A stretch of DNA of 64,000 nt from Raillietiella orientalis. Its lineage: Eukaryota. Positions 23,750-36,030 of this stretch are shown piece after piece. The translations under genes were made by a program, and so were the position numbers. Within the stretch, counting starts at the first letter, position 1, and every line of letters starts with the position of its first letter. The DNA lies in the NCBI GenBank assembly GCA_036172245.1, contig JAYWIR010000005.1:4526001-4590000 (forward strand). The letters run 5' to 3'. The notes beneath the pieces are model-generated. The model saw only the letters and a list, made by a program, of their open reading frames with translations. It was not told the DNA's origin and made no database searches.

Positions 23750-24300
23750 GGAATAGGAAGAAGAAGCGAATTCTGGCTTTATCGAGGTTTCTGTGGGGAA
23801 AGGGGAAAAAAGTGAAAGTGAATTCGCTTGCGATCGAGATTTTTCCTCCTACAGATAAGTATGACCCGCGTTTCGGTTATCGCACTGCTACAGCCATGGC
23901 TTACAGCCATTCCAGGCATCCTGAACCTCTGAAAGTCTGCCGCCGTGCAGCATCCATTCTTCGAGATGCTTTCCTTACGATATCAGGAATCGGGAAGGGA
24001 CTCTCTGAGAGAGTCCCTTCTTCTTGCCCCAGCTCATCATCTGCCGTCACCGGAAAATCCCACATGAAGAGGAAACGTCTTGCAGAACCGCAGCCGTCCT
24101 GTCTAAGCGAGTTCATAGTGCACTCGGTTCCAGGACGCCTGGGAATTGCAGCTGCTCTAAATCCACGGGTCCGAATCTCTGCAGAATAATGGTGTCGGAT
24201 GAGATGAAGTTTAGAGTTTGGTGCTTCAAACGTGGATGCTTCCGATTTCGGAAGGTTCCTTCGCCCTCATTTGCAGCCAACCTCGGGATCGGACTGAGTA
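23750..24300 (-). mobile_element. Decayed LINE RT fragment
   Basis: ORF 23901..24116 'SLRQDGCGSARRFLF...TADD'. Confidence 0.4.
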
Positions 24301-25399
24301 ATTCTTTCTCTTCAGAAATAAGTTTCTCTTTATTCTCAGGAAGGCAATCTAAGAACCCTACTGTAAACTGAGACTACGGACAATTAAAGATCAAGTGCCT
24401 TTAAAAAACGGATAAATCAAGTCATGTGCTATCCCTCAATTAAAGACATTTCTATAGCGTAACGTGTGATCCATTTAAGAATGTAATTTTGCGTAATTAC
24501 TTCCCCACACTGATATATCGGAACCCTTTAGCCCTTCCAACCAACTCCTTTCCGTTCGGTTTCAACGCCGTTCTTTCAACCGAACAGTAAATCACCAGAA
24601 TCCAGAGAGAGTCATATTTTTTGCCCAGCGCTGCCACAGTTTCGTTTCACATTTGGTCCTTCAATCGTAGTCCTTAGGATTTCCTTGTGACGGTTTCTCA
24701 TTTGCTGGCTAAACGCAGTCTCTTCCGTATTCCCCGATTTTCTCGTTCGGGAACACTGAGACTTCTCTCATCGTTCTGTAATTCCTCCATTCTTCGTTTT
24801 GATGCTCCGCTGACACCTCCTGCTCTTCGTCGCGCATGATGTCACTTCAGGTTTCATCGATCACGTTTTAATCGTGGCTCAGCTGCGGTTTCATGGCTCC
24901 TTTCCATTTTTGGTACTTCCAGAACTCCAAGGTACCTAATTTTTATCTGACTGCCCAGATAAAAATGGCACCCCCACTCCAAAAGGATTCTTCTGCCTCA
25001 TGCAGACCGAACTTCATGCTCTGGAAATGCAGCCTCCACAACTCACTAGAGAAACGAAACGCTGCAAGCTTCGTTTCATTGCGATCAATCCCAAGGCTCG
25101 CCTGCGAAAAGATGATACAGCTGAAGTTGCAACGGTGTTACCAAGATGTTAAGACAGAAAGGAAGATGCCATATTATGCAACGAAATTCAGTTGGAATCC
25201 GTGAATAAATAGGGGATGAGAGAAGGATTGGATCTCATGCAAATGAGATGATATTTCATCTTTTATACTTCCCTTTGCGCGTACTCTTATATCCTTTGGA
25301 ATGAATGCATTTCATTTTGGCTTCCTCTGCCTTTGGCAGTCAGAGATGTACTTTGCATCTATAACTAAATATCGAGCTCTGGAATGTCGGATTGTTTCA

Positions 25400-26900
25400 C
25401 AGAAGAGATAAAGCAAACTATTTATTATTAGTGCACTGTCCTCAGACTTTGCATGGCTTCAGATCCCAACATCGGGTTTCTGTATCCCCATTGAGAGGAC
25501 TTTCTGGACGTTCACTGCAAGAATCGCAAACTAGTTGCTTAGATCACATAAGCGTCCCTATTCACCCTTCAAGAGTTACTTCCCGAAAACCAATGGAAAG
25601 GAGTTATGGATCAGGGAATCAACGGAAACCTTTGCTTTGCCACAGCCCCATTTCTAACATGGGCCGGGTACTGACCACTACAAATTTGCTCTTAACCATC
25701 TGCTAGAGTGCCGCGAGTGTCTGTGCAGACATACCGTAAGAGTAACACATGCTTCAGTTGAAGATCAGTTCAAAAAAGTGGCGGATGAGGAGGAACAATC
25801 GCCTGCAGCTTTGGTCACAATTCTAAGAAACGCTCCATGCTCGACGAGAATTCACTGTCGAAGATATTTAGCTACATGACGCAGGCAAGGTGGGGAAGCG
25901 ACGTTTAGATGGGGGTATCCTGACTATCCTAGAGGAATTCGACTACTGCAATCCTATGGAACACTGTGCGGGATAAGCAACACTCCACGATGTGACAGCT
26001 GAAGTTTCTGGAATCACTTGCATTTCGTTTTTTGCACTTGTGAAACATCGGGAAGCGGAGTCAATCAGAGTGCTGCATCGACGGCCTGTTGAAACGACTG
26101 CAGACCTCCTCATCAGAAAATCCCTTCGGCCACAAGAAGCCGTTGTTGTTCTACGAACAAATAAAGGCACATCTTTTTTGCAGTCTCGGGAAGATTAAAA
26201 TGTTCTCCAATTGGAGTGTACGAGAGTGACGACAAGAACGTACACGAAAAGATGCCTGCAGTCCTTTCAGCTTTCGGGACTCCTGTACAAGGAAGTGTTG
26301 CTTCCTGAGGTTTCTAAATTGGAAGCTTGCCGGAAACACCCGAGACATTTGATAACTTCGTGGATTTGCCCAACTTCGAAACCTACTAAGAGTGAATGAC
26401 CTCGGAATCGCGCCTCCAATATGCACTTTGGTCATTACATCGGGCTCCATGCTGCATCCTTGGGATACATCGCTGGCCATGTTGTGACCACGTCCTTTCT
26501 GTTGCCGCGAAGGCGACTTTTATGCCTTGCCTTCATTCGCTGCCTCGTGTTGAAATGATCTGCTTCCAGTGTGAACGGAAACACCGGTGTGCTGGCCGAG
26601 TAGAAAAAGGCCAGGCACGTCTGCTCATCTCCACAGAGTAGTCGCCATGAAAGCAGGGTGCACGCATCCTTGGATAACTTCAAATGCCGTGCACTGAGCT
26701 CCTTTCCCTCATTACGCCAGTCATCGGCATGAACTACGATCCATCCTGCACACACACCTTTCAAGATGAGGAATGCACGTGACGCACATTGGCTTTCTTG
26801 CTGTCCGCGGAGTCATAATTGCTATGAAACTTTTAACCTGTCTGCAGCATCCTGTTCAATCTCCATTTTCTTTTTGTGTGGGTGTGCTTGCACGAGTTGA
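25400..26900 (+). mobile_element. Decayed LINE (RT to CCHC)
   Basis: 'LLPENQWKGVMDQGINGNL' (Q.GF..GR.I.DN), 'LSGLLYKEVLLPEV', 'NYDPSCTHTFQDEEC' (zf-RVT-like). Confidence 0.5.
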
Positions 26901-27249
26901 GCACATTCATCAAAGAAGCAGGAAAATATAGACCACGACGACTCTGCTCTTTGCATCTGGCTGAACCTGCTTTCGGTACATGAACGCAGAGAAAAACTTT
27001 TCGAGTTCCAAAAAGATTTCGATGCTGTGAAGATGGATGGCTACCCGATCGAGGAAGCATCACCGGGGCTGTCGATTTATCCTTTCCCAAACCATGCCGA
27101 TGACTGAAACATTTCTGTAGGGATCATGAGACTAGCAGGAGCTGAGGAGGAGGAAACGACACAGGTTGTAGCAACGGACAAAACACCGGCAGAATGAGCA
27201 TCGAGATTTTGAAGTGAATAAAAAACAAGCAAAGTACCAAACAAAACAA

Positions 27250-27600
27250 AAACAAAACATAAAAGGGAAGAATCGGACAACTTATGATAATTCCTCGAAC
27301 GTCAGTGAGATGTTGTTACCGACCGTGGCATTTGATTCCGTCTATTCCCTGATCTACAACTCCTTTCCATTTGTTTTCGGGAAGCCAATGCAGGCACCTG
27401 ACCAGTTAGGAATGAAATGAGACAGTTTAGGGAATCCCAGCTGGCTTTGGAGACAGACGAATTGCATCTCGAAGCATGACGCGAATAGCGCGATCCAGGG
27501 AAGCGAATCCCTGGTCTCAACTCCAGGAATAGGTTTCCACAATCTCAGGCAAAGAAAGACGGAATGCAGTCTGAAGGCGCCACACACAAGCATGGATGGA
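27250..27600 (-). mobile_element. Decayed LINE RT fragment related to the 25.6-kb relic
   Basis: 27,310-27,385 is a diverged reverse-complement match to 25,580-25,660 ('PENKWKGVVDQGIDG'). Confidence 0.45.
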
Positions 27601-27849
27601 GAAGTAAACGAGATCTAATCGGTGCGAGTCAGGAGGAATCAGTGTGTCCACTCGTCAGGATGATTGATGAAAGTGCATTCAGGATCAGAAGGTCTGAGAA
27701 GACGACCGACAACAAACACGTGGTGTTTATTCGAAGATGCCAACTGCACTATGGAATAGGGCACGGCCAGATACCCAATTCTGTTTCAAAATAGGCTTCT
27801 TCTTAGTATTTATTAGGCTTTTTCCTTCTCGCTCTCTATCCAGCGTCCG

Positions 27850-28460
27850 GCACCAGTATTCGGGTGATAAGACATCGTTTACCATCCTACAGGGGAGCAT
27901 TGATTCATAACCAGCTGCACCGATTTTAACTGAAGATAGAGGAAAACCTAGAATCGTTGCTGGAGGCAGGCAGAAAACGAGATCGAACTCTCTGGAACTG
28001 GATAATGGGAGGTCTCCAAAACTGTTTGCTCACCGTTCTAACAGATTGGGATGCAGAAGCAGAAGGATCACTTGCAATCTGTAAGCCTCAGAATGAACTG
28101 ATCTGGCGTTGAACTAAACACGAAGTTGTCTGGAGAGAAAAGCAGGAGTTGGTTTTTGAGGTCAGAATATCGGCTTAGATGAATCCGAGATGGAAAAACA
28201 AAGGATCATGCAAGAAGAAAGCAATGAAATGCTCGTTCTTACAAGACGTGTGGCCATGAATGAATTCTACGAACACTGCCTTCGCCCCTTCTCAAAGACC
28301 GATCAATGCTGGGAAAGGGTCGGAGAGCATTTCCTTTATGGGTTTCGCTTCAAACAAAATTCGAATTATTTTGGAAAGGTCCTTAATGAACTTCATTTGG
28401 AAGCAGAACAATGGAAAGCCTCAAATTCAGTCTGCAGATAACACAAATAAGCACACAGGC
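27850..28460 (+). mobile_element. Decayed LINE EN/linker fragment
   Basis: 'WNWIMGGLQN' (WI.GGDFN) and 'AMNEFYEH' (FY..L). Confidence 0.4.
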
Positions 28461-29149
28461 TGAAGATGACTTCTCGATAAGCATCTTTCTTTGTGTTTTT
28501 TAGCTCCATAGACAGACCAAGGATGTCTCACAAGAATTCGGTGATGAGCCAGTTGCAGTGAGGAAACGTCAGTGGCTGTGGGCGCTTGCTGCTGCATTTC
28601 AAGCCACTTCAGTTTCTTGGTTCTTCTTTGCGCTTCTTCGGAACCGAACATCCATTTCCAGAGCAGCTGCTAGCAAAGGATGAAGTTTCACACCCGTGAT
28701 CTGCAGTGCTTAGTTGATTGGACTTCAGCACGACAAGTGGATTTCTCTTGCAAGGCAAAATCGCTCACCAAATGATGACCATCTGCCGTGAACTGAGTAG
28801 GCTAAGTACTCACTTCTTATTGTGTTGAAAAGCAATTGGTTCCATCACATTTTCGGAAAGACCGCAGTGAACACTCATTACTTTCTCCATTTCTATATCA
28901 AAGCGCGCCAACTTCGGACTGGCGGTCTCCGTCGCTTCTGCAGGAGAGTGAAATTTTGGTACACCCTTTTGCCGAGCTGAATTCAAAAGTGCCACTCCTC
29001 GAGAGTAGAGTTCCTCAGGAAGACTTCTCAAAACCACCCACGCACCTACGCATGTCGTGCCTTTCAGTGAGAGAGAAGTGGGTCTCCCTAGCCTCTGTTT
29101 CGTGGAATGGAAAGAATGCGACTTATTCAGTCCCCTAAGCAAGGTGAAC

Positions 29150-30400
29150 GTGTGGGTAGCAGCAGATCGAACTTCATCGCTCACATCAAATGCAGAGCAA
29201 GAGGAGACGCACCACAAATTCGGAAGTTTCCATGTCTAGGATACCCAAAGATGCACGAACTTCCGCCCTTTTTTTGTTGGACTTCAGATGGCTTGCTCCG
29301 GATTTGATCCACAAGCACGTTGCACTGTTGCCCATCTCTGCATGCCTGATGTTCCAGAATTTCTCTACCGTAGCCCAAGGGTGTGGTGAAGTAGTTTTCT
29401 CTCAGATAATCGGAAGAGGAACTCCTATCGAGCTGGAACGCAGCTACCTTGCACCACTCTATCCTTTCTTCCTAGTACGAAATACGGCTCGAATGATCCA
29501 TAACCGGTCACTAAGTGGTCTAGAGCATCCTGAGGGGACCCGAGATTCCTGCTCAGCTTTTAGACAAGTATTACAGAGCACTCTCGCCACTAAGCTCCAT
29601 CCACGGTCCTTGACCATCGAATCTAGTTGGGCTTCTTAGCTTCGAACGATGTTCTTCAAGCCTGGGTGCCATCAATACAAAGCACTAACGCGTGAGGAAT
29701 CGAGACCACCTTCTGTCTTCCTCAGACGACAATGCCGGACGTATACACATGGAGCTCACTTGACAACTTGCAGATTGCCGTTACGAAGCTCACGGCAGTT
29801 CTTGAGGAATCGCAGCATTGGACATGCCACTCCTTTGGTCCTCGAGAAAGCCTTCCGCTTGGAATGGCGCCTGAATTCTCCAGACATATTTGTCCTTCTT
29901 GTTTCTCCGAGCTTGGTTTCCATGAACTGATGGATTGGTTTGCGGTTTGCAGATGAGGTCCGACAAAGACTTGAGCTAAGATCGCGGATGAGACTTGCAG
30001 CTCCTGAGGACGTCAGAGTTCTTCTTCCTTCCGAGAGGCCATTTTCTTGACTCCGACGAACACTCTGGCACAACGCATAGCAGTTACGACCTGGAGGCAT
30101 TGATCCTTGCTGCACTCGCGACTCAAGGGCTCCTGATTCAAATTAAGACAAGAGCACAATTCCGTGCCTCACGAGGAGCAGTTTGTCTCAATCTTTGTGT
30201 TCTAACTGACTGTTCTTGCATAATGACTGGAGGCAACGATAGGCCTACTGAATTCCGAGTGAAGAAGCAGCTGCGTTACATGGAGTTCAAGAGACGATTC
30301 AGCTTGAGATTTATGCATGGATTCATGGAGAAATCCAAGCATTCTAGTTCTTATGATTCAGGTTCCGTTGATTGCAAACTTTAAATAAGGCGGGTGCAAA
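29150..30400 (+). mobile_element. Decayed LINE (RT to 3' end)
   Basis: 'ALFLLDFRWLAPDLIH' (LDF.KAFD.V.H), 'IGRGTP..LAPLYPFFL', 'RLNSPD'; AATAAA near 30,398. Confidence 0.55.
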
Positions 30401-30469
30401 TAAAGGAAGGGAAGGATGTCATCATCTTCTCCCATGTGTTCTTCATCTTGTCTTCATGGTCGCGTTTGT

Positions 30470-31050
30470 ATTCTTGAGGGTTCTGTCATTACGGGCAGTG
30501 AACGCACTCAATACTTCCAAGGCCCACCCCTGAATTATCGAGTGTTCCAGGACACCATCCCCTTCGCAATGCGTTCCGCTCCCTTCTTCTTCCCTGCGAC
30601 GCTTGCTCTCGCGGATGCAGGCGCTTCTTTGGACGCCAAGCGGAAGAGGGCAAACGCCCCGTATTCTCACTCCTTCTTGTGCCGCGTCTCTTCCAGCGCC
30701 GTTTCCGCGTGTTCCTTGGGAGCAGGCAAAGCCCAACGTCCATCGCGCCCGAGTGCTTTCCTTTCTCGCTGGTGTCCTTTCCCGGAAATGGGTCGACTGG
30801 AGTCCACCAGTTGCCGATGCTTCGAGATGAGGTCCGCGTTGAGCAGTGCTGCATCAGCTTGCCACGCCCCTCGGCGACCTGGTCGCTGACGCGTGCGTTC
30901 AGGATCTTTCGCATCTCCTGACGGGCAAGGCTGCTGGGCGATGCCCGCACGAGCAGAAGAGGGTTTGGCCGCGCCGCATGGATGAATCTGTAAGCTAGGA
31001 ATGCAAGGTGTTGCTGGTTGCACAGGAACCGCCCCGAAGTCGGACGCTGC
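30470..31050 (-). repeat. Inverted repeat IR2, left copy (LINE RT fragment)
   Basis: Reverse complement of 43,985-44,565 (x maps to 75,035-x); identical ORF translations apart from edge substitutions. Confidence 0.98.
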
Positions 31051-31700
31051 CTTGTGGCAAGGGATGTCCAGTCTAAAATAATGAAGGTAGTAATGAAGAG
31101 CTCTTAGATCATGTTTTAGATGAGGGATCGAGGAAGAATGTGAGAGAATTAATAGATACTGTTGAAACCGAAAGTATTGGCGATGTATTGAGCAAAATGG
31201 ATGATGACTTCAACAGATGATTAGGACTCTCGTCAGAGCGTGACTAAGAAATCACATTTATGACTTCCTTCTCTTTGATGTGAGTCCTAATTTGTTCATA
31301 GAGAAACAATCGCTCTATCAATCTATGGAAAAAATCCTCAAAGTTTTACTCGAAAGAATTCCAGAAGATTCTCTCTGGAAACTGATTTCCTCTCTGTAAA
31401 TAATCGATGAATCATTCTTAGTTCTTGATAGTAGAATCCATTTTTCCATCAGAAACTTGTCCATATATTTGCTTCATGCCCCCTAAAGCTGGAAAACAGT
31501 AATTCATACAGCTCTCTTTCGTCTCAGATAAAAGACAAATTCAAAATAGGGATGCTCGCATGGTATTATGGGAAGATAAGAGGCAGTGTTTTGCTTCGCT
31601 TAAAGCTCTTGACGGAGTTTAACCAGAGCCAGTAACCAGAACAAAAGAATCTAAGCATCCTTCCTTTTTCGAATAATGAATTCTTTGGATGTCAACTCCT
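31050..31700 (+). mobile_element. Decayed AT-rich LINE post-RT fragment
   Basis: 'MEKILKVLLERIPEDSLWKLISS', 'NLSIYLL' and 'MVLWEDKRQCFASL' weakly fit the post-RT region. Confidence 0.3.
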
Positions 31701-32299
31701 GCCCTGACGACAAGCACACGGGATTCAAAATGAGGTGGCGACTGTGACCTTTTCACAAAACATGTGGAGTGCTACATCGTGGTGACCTTGCCAGCAGTCC
31801 CGTCGTCCTTGTTGCTCTTGACTTTACTTCAGATTGTTGCTCTTCGCTCCGAGTTCGCATCACAGCTGAATCTGGAAGGAGGCGCGCGTCTTCAGAAGAA
31901 GCACAAGGTCACACATGCTTAACATGGGCAGTTTCGCTCGCTGCAGTCCCTGCACCTCCCGAGGCAAAAGGACTGCTAATTAATTGTTCTCAGGGTACTG
32001 AAAACAGTTGGTTTTCTCCGCGTTCCTTGGCTGAGTCCTGTGGCAGTCTCTTTGCAACAAGCATCTGGAAGAAATGTGCAAGAAGCGACGTATGTGTGAA
32101 GTTGTATCTTTCTCAGCAACTGACGGCCTTCCCAACAACGGTGAATACACTCAGCTATATATTCAGATTCCTATGATTGAGCGGCAAAAGACATGCATCA
32201 TTAACCAACCAAGCGATCGAAACCCTAAACTGCGAATGAAAGTCAAGATTGATTTTATTAAAGGCGACCCTTAGATCTTTATCTTGTAGATATTCCAGG

Positions 32300-33400
32300 A
32301 CAAAGAGTTAGGCTGATGGGAAATTTTGATCCCCGAATACTGTTGTTGATGAGCACATGGAAGAGGCATAGGGGCAACTGGTGGACCCAAATTGGGAGTC
32401 TGATTAGACCAAACCCTTTCAGCTGCAACATTTTTAGAAAGTGGGGCGCAGCCATCATCCAGTTTTATTCTTTCGACAAAGTGTCCTTCTTCGGTAGAAA
32501 TTCGATTACTAGAAGACCTGAAAGCTTATCTTGGAACCTTCCAAGCTGTTCCCAGGATGAAAACCTCGCTCCTTGAGTCTGCAACAGCCAGAGGGTGGTA
32601 ACCTTGCTGCCTGAGCAAGGCAAGCGCGAAACGTTTCCGAACATGAACGGTCATGTGGTCTGAGATCTCGGGAGAGGAGAATCCAGTCGAGTCCCCTGGC
32701 CTTTGGAAATTGCGGCTTCGGAAGCGCAGTATTCCCGGAGACGCGAGCATGGCAACAAAAGCTGCGTTCTTTGCGTAGGAAACCTTCCGGTTCATCCTTT
32801 TGTCCTGAACGTATTTCGGGACAGACCTCGTGATCTGCCCGCCTCTTCTTTCGCCGCGGATTTTCTCACCCCAACAGCACCTCTGCCATTCGAAAACAGT
32901 GACACTTTGATTCGCGTGGATGTTATGCGCGTAAATGTGGTCGGCAGCCTCGCGGAAGACATTTCCGGTTTTTCCAGGACATCTCTCTCTTCTGTATCCA
33001 TACCTTGAGAAAGTCCGTTGCCTTCTTCGAGAACTCTTGCTTGCAGATGATCCTCGTTTGTTTTGCAAACTCCCTTCGAGAATTGTTTTCTTTTAATAAT
33101 AGAGGAGGTTCTCGTTCAGACACGTGACTGCCGGGACAATGCAAACATGTCAGTCTGGATGAAGATAAAAGGAGGCAAAGCTGGATCCGCTTTTCTGGTA
33201 AGGGAAGAAAGAATTTTCGAGAAGCAGCTTCAGAATTTCATTATAATGGAGCAGCGCTGTTACACGTCAAGTGTTGTTCTTCTCGGAGGAATTTGCGTGC
33301 GATCATCCAGACTTCCTTAGTTGGGATCCAGGAGAACTTTCCAAGCCATTCATCAGTCTGCTCTCTTGTTTACACATTTCAAATTCCTGTCGATGTGTAA
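32300..33400 (+). mobile_element. Decayed LINE EN-linker-RT fragment
   Basis: 'MGNFD' (GDFN), 'QYSRRREHGNKS' (RSR..W..EG.K), 'SLAEDISG', 'SAFLVREERI' in order. Confidence 0.5.
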
Positions 33401-35539
33401 CCATTCTTCTGGTACTGCGTCAGACTTATTTTCTGGAGCTAGCGGCAGGACATAGATTGGCCGCTCTCCCGTAGGAGCGCGAGAACGGTGCGTGCTGACG
33501 CGTGCGTTCCGATAGAACTGGGAATCAACATGCTCAGAAAGCTATGTATGTATTCCTGTACCTGCGTGATCTGTATCACGTGATCAACAACAACATCTGC
33601 TCGGCCCTACTGCGACAGGACATTTCCCTTGAGCTGGGTCAGTGAGAAGGAACGCGTCTGAGAATGCTAGGAGAGACGTTCCAGGAAAGTATTATAAAAA
33701 ACAAAAAAAAAGCGGCGAGCAGCAAATCCAGAAAAGATGGAACTGAATAAAAAAGTTCCGGGAACCACTCTATCAAAGTTGGGAATGCTATGCAGATTTC
33801 CAAATGCATTCTCCGATGTATCCCACAACCTCCCAAGATATCTTTTAGCCTTTCGATTTGCACATCGCTGTAACCAGAAGAAGCAAAAAGGGTGTGTAAT
33901 GCTGTTCTAGAATTTGAGATGATGATTCTGAGACATTGTGATGTTCTCTTGAGACTTTCTCACGACAGATTTTTCAAGACATGCAAAGAGCTGATTATGC
34001 GGTTAAGCATCTTCGGAGATCATCATCTAAGGTTTAGCTCGAAGATGCATAACTTTGCGCTTATTCGATCTTATCTTTTTTCATGTGCCAAACCCACGAA
34101 TTAATGGAGATAGTTCTTTAGGAAAACAAATTTTCATGCATTCTAGCTTTCCTGATTTTTAATCACATGCTTGAGGTTTTAGGTTGCTGCAATCATAAAG
34201 ACGGGTCAACCATGCTTGCCACCAGCCTTCTCCTACGCTTGAAATTATTACCTAGCATTCATCCCCCTACAGATACAATTGTGACCTTGTTCTCCTTTGC
34301 TTTTATGTGCGTTTAGCCGGCATTTTTCATCTTTCTCGAAATTTTCAGACCAATATCCAAAAATATTCGGATTTGCCATTTACGGGCAAGACTGGTCTCC
34401 TGGCACCACGAAGATGAGGGTGCTCAAGTAGGAGGTCTGAGCACCTGATTTCACGCAGCCTGATATGTCGCGTATAGGCCGCACAGGGGCTCAAATGAGC
34501 GAGCCGACTCGTCCAATCGCCCAAGAAATCACTAACAGCAATGGATCAGTGAACTCGAACGGAAAACCGTGAAGGGGAAAAATCCTTCCCATCCTGTTAT
34601 GATCCCCCACTTTTCGCTACCTGGAACTTTCCTCCGAAGGTTCACAACTATACTTCGTGCAATGAGACAACATCAGGGACTTCTAATCCCTTAATAGTGA
34701 CATACCATTTTGTCTCTTCTACTAAGAAATATTACTTTTATCATCCCTTTTTATTATCACTTTAATAAAATTGAGAATTTTTGCTTGCAAAACAAATGTT
34801 ATTATTTTAACTATAATTTTAAATTGTCTTTTTAGCTTATGTAGAGCGAAGCGTTGAAAGTGCTTAGGAAATAATGAACGATTGGTAGAGTGCTTTCAGG
34901 ATTCCCGATTACTGATATCATTTCTCCGTGTTCATCTTACGAAATGGTAGAACAAGAGCACCAGCATTTTTTTTGCCAGCCATCGTCATATGCAGGTAGC
35001 GATTACTGCCGCAGTCGAAGCCATTATTCCCGTAGGATGGCATCATCATCTCTGACATTTGTTTATTCACAAATTGACCGTAGCAAAGGAAAAGGAAACA
35101 AAAGTGCACTCCAGATACACTATGCATTAGTTCTTTGCACGCCTGTGGAAATTATTCATTGCTCTGGGAATTACTGTTCCCCTCACGGGTTACGTCCTGG
35201 ATCTCCTTCAGAACGCAGTGATGAACTACCTGCATATGAATCTATGCGGAAACACTAGCACATCTTCGGATGCTGAGTACTCTCTTATGAGCTTCATCGT
35301 GACGTCTCCGGCGTCCTCGCAGAGCTTGTGGCCTTGAGTCCCGTCCTGAAAAGCAGTTTCTTGCCTGACCACTTTCCCGTCTCGACGCAGCGTCCGGAAA
35401 GTGAGCGAGAGTAGATCGAGATTCGGGTTTCCCACACACCGCGCAGCATCCGTCTTCCGGATTTCCTGTCCGACGCCCGGAGTCTGGGGCCATTCAAGAG
35501 ACCCTACGAGAAAAAAAAACACGAGCTTAAGCATCGCGA

Positions 35540-36030
35540 TTGCCTGGTTACCGTATCTAAAAAAAACTTCCTCCTGGTACTCTGATCTCAGTCGGAAGGG
35601 TGGAGCACACTTGTCGCCGTTGACAGCGCACCACTTCTGGAACGTGCAGTGAAGACGCTCCCAGCATTTAAAGCCGGGACGCTACAGGAATGCGGACTTT
35701 TTTCAGACTCACTCGCTTGGCCGCGGCTTACTGTCCACAGGGACGCAGGGAAGGCGACTTCCCGTTTCGTACACATACGAGTTCATGCTGATTTCACTCC
35801 AAAGGAATTATCCGAAGGAATAGCATGCTGCGTAGAATTGAAATGCACACTTTCACAGCTGAGTATCGGCACACCATCTGAAGCGTGGAGGTCTTGGCTC
35901 CGGAAAGACCGAATGCCAACAGGACCTGGTTGCTCCTGTACAGCAATTAGGGAAAGATTTTTTTCCCTTCTCCTCTATCGCTGCTCCTCATTGCCCAATG
36001 TGCTTGCCTTTCGATCCATGCTCTGATATA
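35540..36030 (+). mobile_element. Possible decayed LINE RT N-terminal fragment
   Basis: 'DSLAWPRLTVHRDAGK' resembles 'WRPI.L.N.D.K'. Confidence 0.3.

Noticed and set aside
26730..26830. RING-like 'PMCVTCIPHLERCVCR' on the minus strand
   Set aside because: The ligand set is incomplete, and the plus strand reads as the zf-RVT region at the expected place in a LINE relic.
25580..27385. Short inverted match 25,580-25,660 / 27,310-27,385 as transposon TIRs
   Set aside because: The match is diverged and coincides with a conserved RT subdomain of two related LINE relics.
32880..33040. TALE-homeobox-like remnant on the minus strand ('FSKKATDFLKVW'...'VSLFSNGR')
   Set aside because: It needs frameshifts and lacks the PYP motif and the invariant Trp. 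The opposite strand gives collinear LINE EN-linker-RT motifs across the same interval.
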